Source: Rhizaria sp. SCN 62-66 (Eukaryota). Taken from it: DNA of 64,000 nt. The stretch covers positions 62,001 to 126,000 of the forward strand of contig MEDY01000009.1 in NCBI GenBank assembly GCA_001724265.1, in the 5' to 3' direction. Shown piece after piece: positions 62,401-64,000 of this stretch (position 1 is its first letter; every line of letters starts with the position of its first letter). Made by a program: the position numbers and the translations under genes. The notes below the pieces were generated by a model, which was not told the origin of the DNA, did not search any database, and worked only from the letters and a program-made list of their open reading frames with translations.

Positions 62401-64000
62401 GGTAAACGCAGAGGCCGGAGCAGGGCTCGCACGCGCGGCGTGCGTGACCGTGTGGCGCGCACCGCGGGCGCTCATGCTGCCACTCGCAGAGCTGATCTGT
62501 TGGACAGCGCCGATGGGCGACGCGCGCGCGGGCAGCGTGAAGGATGCCGACGCCGACGACGCACCGAGGGAGGGGCCGCGCGCAGAGCTGGGAGCGGACG
62601 CCGTCGACGCGAGCACGTGCGCTTGGTTCGCACTGAATAGCGGGGGCACGGGGCCGTACTGCGGCCGCTGCTGGCGCAGGCGGGCCGCGGCGTTGGCCGC
62701 GGCTGAGAGGAAGGTAGTGTCGTAAAAGGCCTCGTCGCCCTCGCTTAGGTCCGCGTCACCGTCAGCAGTACCGCCATCTTCACCGTCGTCGCCGTTGATA
62801 ACGCTGTCGTCAAGGAGATACGCGGGGAGATGCATACTAATCGGAGCGCCATATCTAACGCCCTGCCCCGGGTGCTGTTGTTGTTGCTGCTGCTGCGCGC
62901 CGCCGGGAAAAGCAAGCTGCGCCTGGCGCGACGGCGAGCGCACGAGTGCGGCCACGGCGTGCGCCTGCAGCGCCTGCGCCTGGGCCTGCTCGGCGTGGCG
63001 CTGCGCGGACCGGAACGCGCGGTACTCACGCTCTTGCGCTTGCTGCTGCTGCTGTTGTTGGAGCGCGAGTGCGTGCGCGTGAGCAGGCGATGTCGTGTGC
63101 GCAGCGGCGGGCTGGCTCGTGCGCGAGGGTGCGCGGGATGGCACATGCTGGCCGCGGAAAGACTGCAAGCCGGCGGCAATAAAGCTGTCGTGACTCGGCA
63201 TCGCCCACTGTCCGCGGCCGCGGCCGGCGCGCTCGTATTGAAGCTGCGCATGTGCTTGCGCTTGTGCCGCTGCATATGCATCAGCCTGCGCCTGCGCGTG
63301 CGCCATCGTTTGTGCGTGCGCAAGTGCCTGGGCGTGCAGTTGCTGCGTCTGCGCTGCGGATGCAGCGTAGCGTAGCCACAGCGCGTCCCCGTCCCCGTCA
63401 TCGTCGTTGTTGTTGTCACCGCAACCGTCGGCAGTGACAACGTTGTTGTTGTATGCCATATGATCATCGTAATTATCGAAATCGGTCACGTTGCGAGGAT
63501 ACACCACACCAGGATTCGCATACGCGTTGCCGCGATCCCCAACGTCGGTCAAGGACACGTATTTGGGCCCTCCATGCGTCTCAGGATACTCATCAACGTA
63601 CTCGTGTGCATCGCCATCAACACCGTGCGCGTAAACTAGTCCTTCCGCGTCACTTTCGGCCTCAGCATCATCCACATCAGCAGGCGCCAAGGCATCCGCG
63701 TCAGCAGCCACAGCGTCAAACGCAACACCAAAGCCATGATTGACGTCAGAGTCATCAGCCACACCAGCATCCTCAGGGGCAGCATCGGCGTTATTGGCGA
63801 GGAGAAGCTCCCAGTCGCCGGTACACAGCTCCTCGCGCGCGGCAGGGCTGTACAGCACGGCGTCCGCCACCGCAGCCAGCGTCATCGCCTCACCCGCCGA
63901 GGCGACAGAGCGCGCACCTGCGGCGACCGGCGCGGCGAGCGGCAGCAGCGCAGCGGGGGCGTGCACGCGCGCGTCAATTCCGAGCGCGGCCGTGAGCGCG
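53410..64000 (-). CDS. Large (>3500 aa) acidic, Ala-rich protein of unknown function, 5' end outside the window
   Basis: The frame stays open to the window edge (ALTAALGIDARVHAP...); ends TGA at 53410-53412. Mostly low complexity, with five DW(D)(R/K)PV repeats, coiled-coil-like stretches and a complex C-terminal region (about 53410-54790). Confidence 0.75.
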   Translation of the reverse strand, partial: ALTAALGIDARVHAPAALLPLAAPVAAGARSVASAGEAMTLAAVADAVLYSPAAREELCTGDWELLLANNADAAPEDAGVADDSDVNHGFGVAFDAVAADADALAPADVDDAEAESDAEGLVYAHGVDGDAHEYVDEYPETHGGPKYVSLTDVGDRGNAYANPGVVYPRNVTDFDNYDDHMAYNNNVVTADGCGDNNNDDDGDGDALWLRYAASAAQTQQLHAQALAHAQTMAHAQAQADAYAAAQAQAHAQLQYERAGRGRGQWAMPSHDSFIAAGLQSFRGQHVPSRAPSRTSQPAAAHTTSPAHAHALALQQQQQQQAQEREYRAFRSAQRHAEQAQAQALQAHAVAALVRSPSRQAQLAFPGGAQQQQQQQHPGQGVRYGAPISMHLPAYLLDDSVINGDDGEDGGTADGDADLSEGDEAFYDTTFLSAAANAAARLRQQRPQYGPVPPLFSANQAHVLASTASAPSSARGPSLGASSASASFTLPARASPIGAVQQISSASGSMSARGARHTVTHAARASPAPASAFTAANNSKSSQSFTSGVTARRWQNPALAPAPAASAVAAAAARRRSGEVSPDSDMHSPVVQALNLDAAAATGRVLEMDDSCDNGQCDAEDALAADSESECERLLCAGECNRAYDGDDGETADCGRVDEHDGDDGSGADWDFHDPSDDDALPSDSYGRLASARAQVEPRPRHMSKRKGAPRGLAAESDSEEDLDGVDSSEHSDDGDKGAPDASATVGANAGKRERVGTSATFASLLLRLNGLTNGGNSNRTLGDAKAGKRASVHDDGENDDEDDEAAQVATDADVSAGSEQHYTSDPILSTIAAINGTRSSGGADGLSLDARVTGDWADFGLGEVDSDYDEEYGADSVVDRRRDRIGSDRVGSDSVVASDIYGPEVSEVDAVDSEAAEDAALFAVGADEGDTVDHCEGDDSVHCAADGLEGDFEGDEGDGGHCEQELPSCTYLALPEDLERVPAALSAAADAVAHFDSPVPVLISLPAALASEADSAPAASPASASTMATLALTPGAAALALARTDYARKPTVVLLLPPRAPAPPPAAAAAAAAGAAAAGASLLHSPADAAVRCGHRALAAAAAALATAAAEASAESGDVRFIGIAVVAAEAPPLCFLWPDGAVSATAGAWLGAAVADMARAAATVGSALAAQRARVLKEEQQRRAAEAAEAEDADDAAVYARLCADARAEAEACGAEPVTEPEEEEPENDDAAHASFNASFSVAALGDAAPSGSRPRQGSAKRGAVEADEVGLAASMAEEVGLYASGSFDAAAATAVEHEERAGDADDKNDSDSDADGAKGSGSDAAPVRASLAFMLARPTAPSAVSKSNSKSSVTAAFAADDEDEECLLAAEHTAQDPAAAAAGSDAAASAEAEAAVEAAVRAAASRFAQHDPVAPPSDSDSDDAATAGADSGDSDKPTRAQDALRRAREMLSAYADDDDHKDGDGVVAVADAAPEAQHKVEHAAIDDDTVAERVPSPHSSAVSDVEVEEHAATETVTVAEHVSTAADAVVDAGAYAHSETNDASRTEPAVSSHAPHIDVVVLDGDAEDDDEDGDELTSADLIAFLTTNRDPMGTDELAELFEQYTDMRAAELAAAADGAPTEAAAEAAAGETLDWAAFVAARQSVVESWMAPAVQDAGEAVQSGVAAEHSDDSECNVTAETVQSSTSMPDLPNPLMCLSQPATTADIDESAADDDAHHTPPRSHAGIASASLVLHVTPASPMKSPLRSCITSPDSARRRRRAVRRRHALHHPDDPAPYGPDSEDSEDVDTPTAVNDGAEGGGSTSRTAPFAESAEFDSSGDGALLSPGGRARVHVRALRRRSAAIAFAEKLEQVRVFDPAQPSPGAAADADDGLTEQEAAALRRLLAGTPGVPHRAIMTDGDDSDGDGDEDSASSTAAVSEDDWDRPVRAAPPAPAVPPIEEGDEDAAVDDWDRPVKASAPTPTVTYAAESDSGVTDDNWDKPVKIKSAALAASTGSTVTDDDWDKPVRVTPPAAASAAPEEPAVMEEDWDRPVRVNSVLPVAKKVDNSSSSSSSGDNSSSDSERSDEDVHAANAGHDDDHHDEDEDEEDFSHCCDGVPDKGAALARRLAADTKRATAALDSFLRQTHEEAAANTSFNAVHGRTLARMFASADGGMGGAWALEPSAGGRRGRSGREPRNDQIGVGPDDSTDEGERNEADADGDDIKDDSSFVSTVVSLVVTDAALAAAEIEAAASEHRANTEAAAATEDGKYPALLAAGDADDLSQSAVDAMLLADAFGGDSHNVSGVEHADGDVSQPDPDAESFTAQYLATLEALVSARDTAAAAARAARAAATTAFEASAEAEAALAAGGGLRLKRLAAMKAQAAAAAAKEADKLEAVAAEAAVAAHAAGVPIAVSPAAAAADEAPAATGESVAASSSESAAAAKGRVKLTPAAALAQIEQRKRAAVAWRRNRDPTAVVEAETKSEADSKPEAETKSDVVAADDDVVETVAQDQAKNDVETTVEAKVAAIPGSPEISDLDDGIDEAVAAFNAADAVAAPPATGEPAITAVSAFDDTGDDDVNRSFVSVAAANALAEAEKSRFYNDDDNAEAPAPAAASSAGAVAGDVDAYFSAIDDSALPMGGDDEYYDDDDGCIDVAASSSGEINEAEHAAEDEDSFNVVHAEPSHDDIPIIDAVSEPHPVAATEDIPAVTTAEQVTEITTPAAAAADAAKAAKDAAAAAVTADESDGLAPAWASLAALASRASAAAGADSAAAVAAESAAWASALASVDAMQAESAAAAARTAAMRARLHAALRPAAPALPAADAEAAAMERAQESALEDIEDVLQVEEAIAEAEAAAAALRARQAAEVADEAVGSHPDSAVARSRASAAGSTTPEAETKSESQDDARRESESEVAELEARKSAFAAAAAALDSGLTQILSAADASLVDLYPAATVETNTNAADVVDGDAEVYARAETVVGVKVADELIPNDGNGPTADSDATAAKSKKTKKKRSKDAARTAPDSGSDGEDEYDSDDDDVDDDGVPALSEPDVHNEVVISLPDPTNNESVPDHIAADPASASLPAPRFRVSFIPYEFPPVEDSAGSDTEGLMLWHGDDGALAELSDFEHDALTAELEAYRADAAAHRLTFKHEKVIFALEERLRGRHNINLNRYRFDPNTLPPTRPSRSGRRKSSRRRNYLPPINFSPEHPDGDSDFSELSPHSSDADDETMRRDIGQERLNYAFPAIRQPLCWFEHKNSPRSVKYHRLLLYTHRMWKRERAMAEKLRVQRVAQEQADRILRRAELEAAAAARTQADARALEAYHQDMWRVMREKALGEDVPFPGTPEYKAWFADWAWRNAKAEAEEPARRAAEEYRKANRARFARIRRQLVPVNVRPQPPPAALVELPLRAQVALYVSQIQTEAGLREALPAGELAPGGVAFLSPMRCAQPDSLIMDLPRGAMGSDNESEGDEYNWRFAINRPVMHVRVLLRQNSADAVADVLMKLHGWRIKDIFEIYMINGDGMDLVEEFTYLLRKSVPTN
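57886..58233 (-). repeat. Five spaced peptide repeats [DE][DE][DN]WD[RK]PV[RK]
   Basis: EDDWDRPVRA, VDDWDRPVKA, DDNWDKPVKI, DDDWDKPVRV, EEDWDRPVRV, spaced about 24-28 codons apart. Confidence 0.9.

Noticed and set aside
1-64000. CRISPR arrays, transposases, retroelements, inteins, prokaryotic operons
   Set aside because: No repeat-spacer array, terminal repeats, RT/integrase/transposase motifs or Hint-domain signatures were seen; gene content and introns are eukaryotic.

Overview
Eukaryotic nuclear DNA, probably from a flagellated, Arp2/3-using protist. Coding regions are very GC-rich, separated by short (about 0.3-1.4 kb) AT-rich spacers, with GT-AG spliceosomal introns. Nine genes lie in strictly alternating orientation (-,+,-,+,-,+,-,+,-): CFAP43, a ThrE/PRM10-family exporter, ARPC1, signal peptide peptidase, a mitochondrial PPR-like protein, RPL38, a NIT2-like omega-amidase, a protein with a degenerate Clp1-like P-loop domain and C-terminal membrane helices, and a 5'-truncated acidic protein with W-acidic repeats. 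ARPC1, RPL38 and NIT2 are about normal size and contain introns. Five other genes are giant ORFs (2400-4300 aa) with no evident introns, rich in Ala/Gly/Gln/Asp low-complexity sequence that, where a family is recognisable, separates the conserved blocks. Most notable: (1) a single in-frame TAG in a readthrough-like, Gln-expected context inside the 11.5-kb ThrE gene, while no gene here ends in TAG; (2) the extreme inflation of conserved proteins; (3) a Clp1-like pseudokinase with a membrane anchor; (4) splice-acceptor-like signals just before most start codons. No tRNA, rRNA, CRISPR array or transposon was recognised. All family calls come from motif recognition by eye, not database searches.
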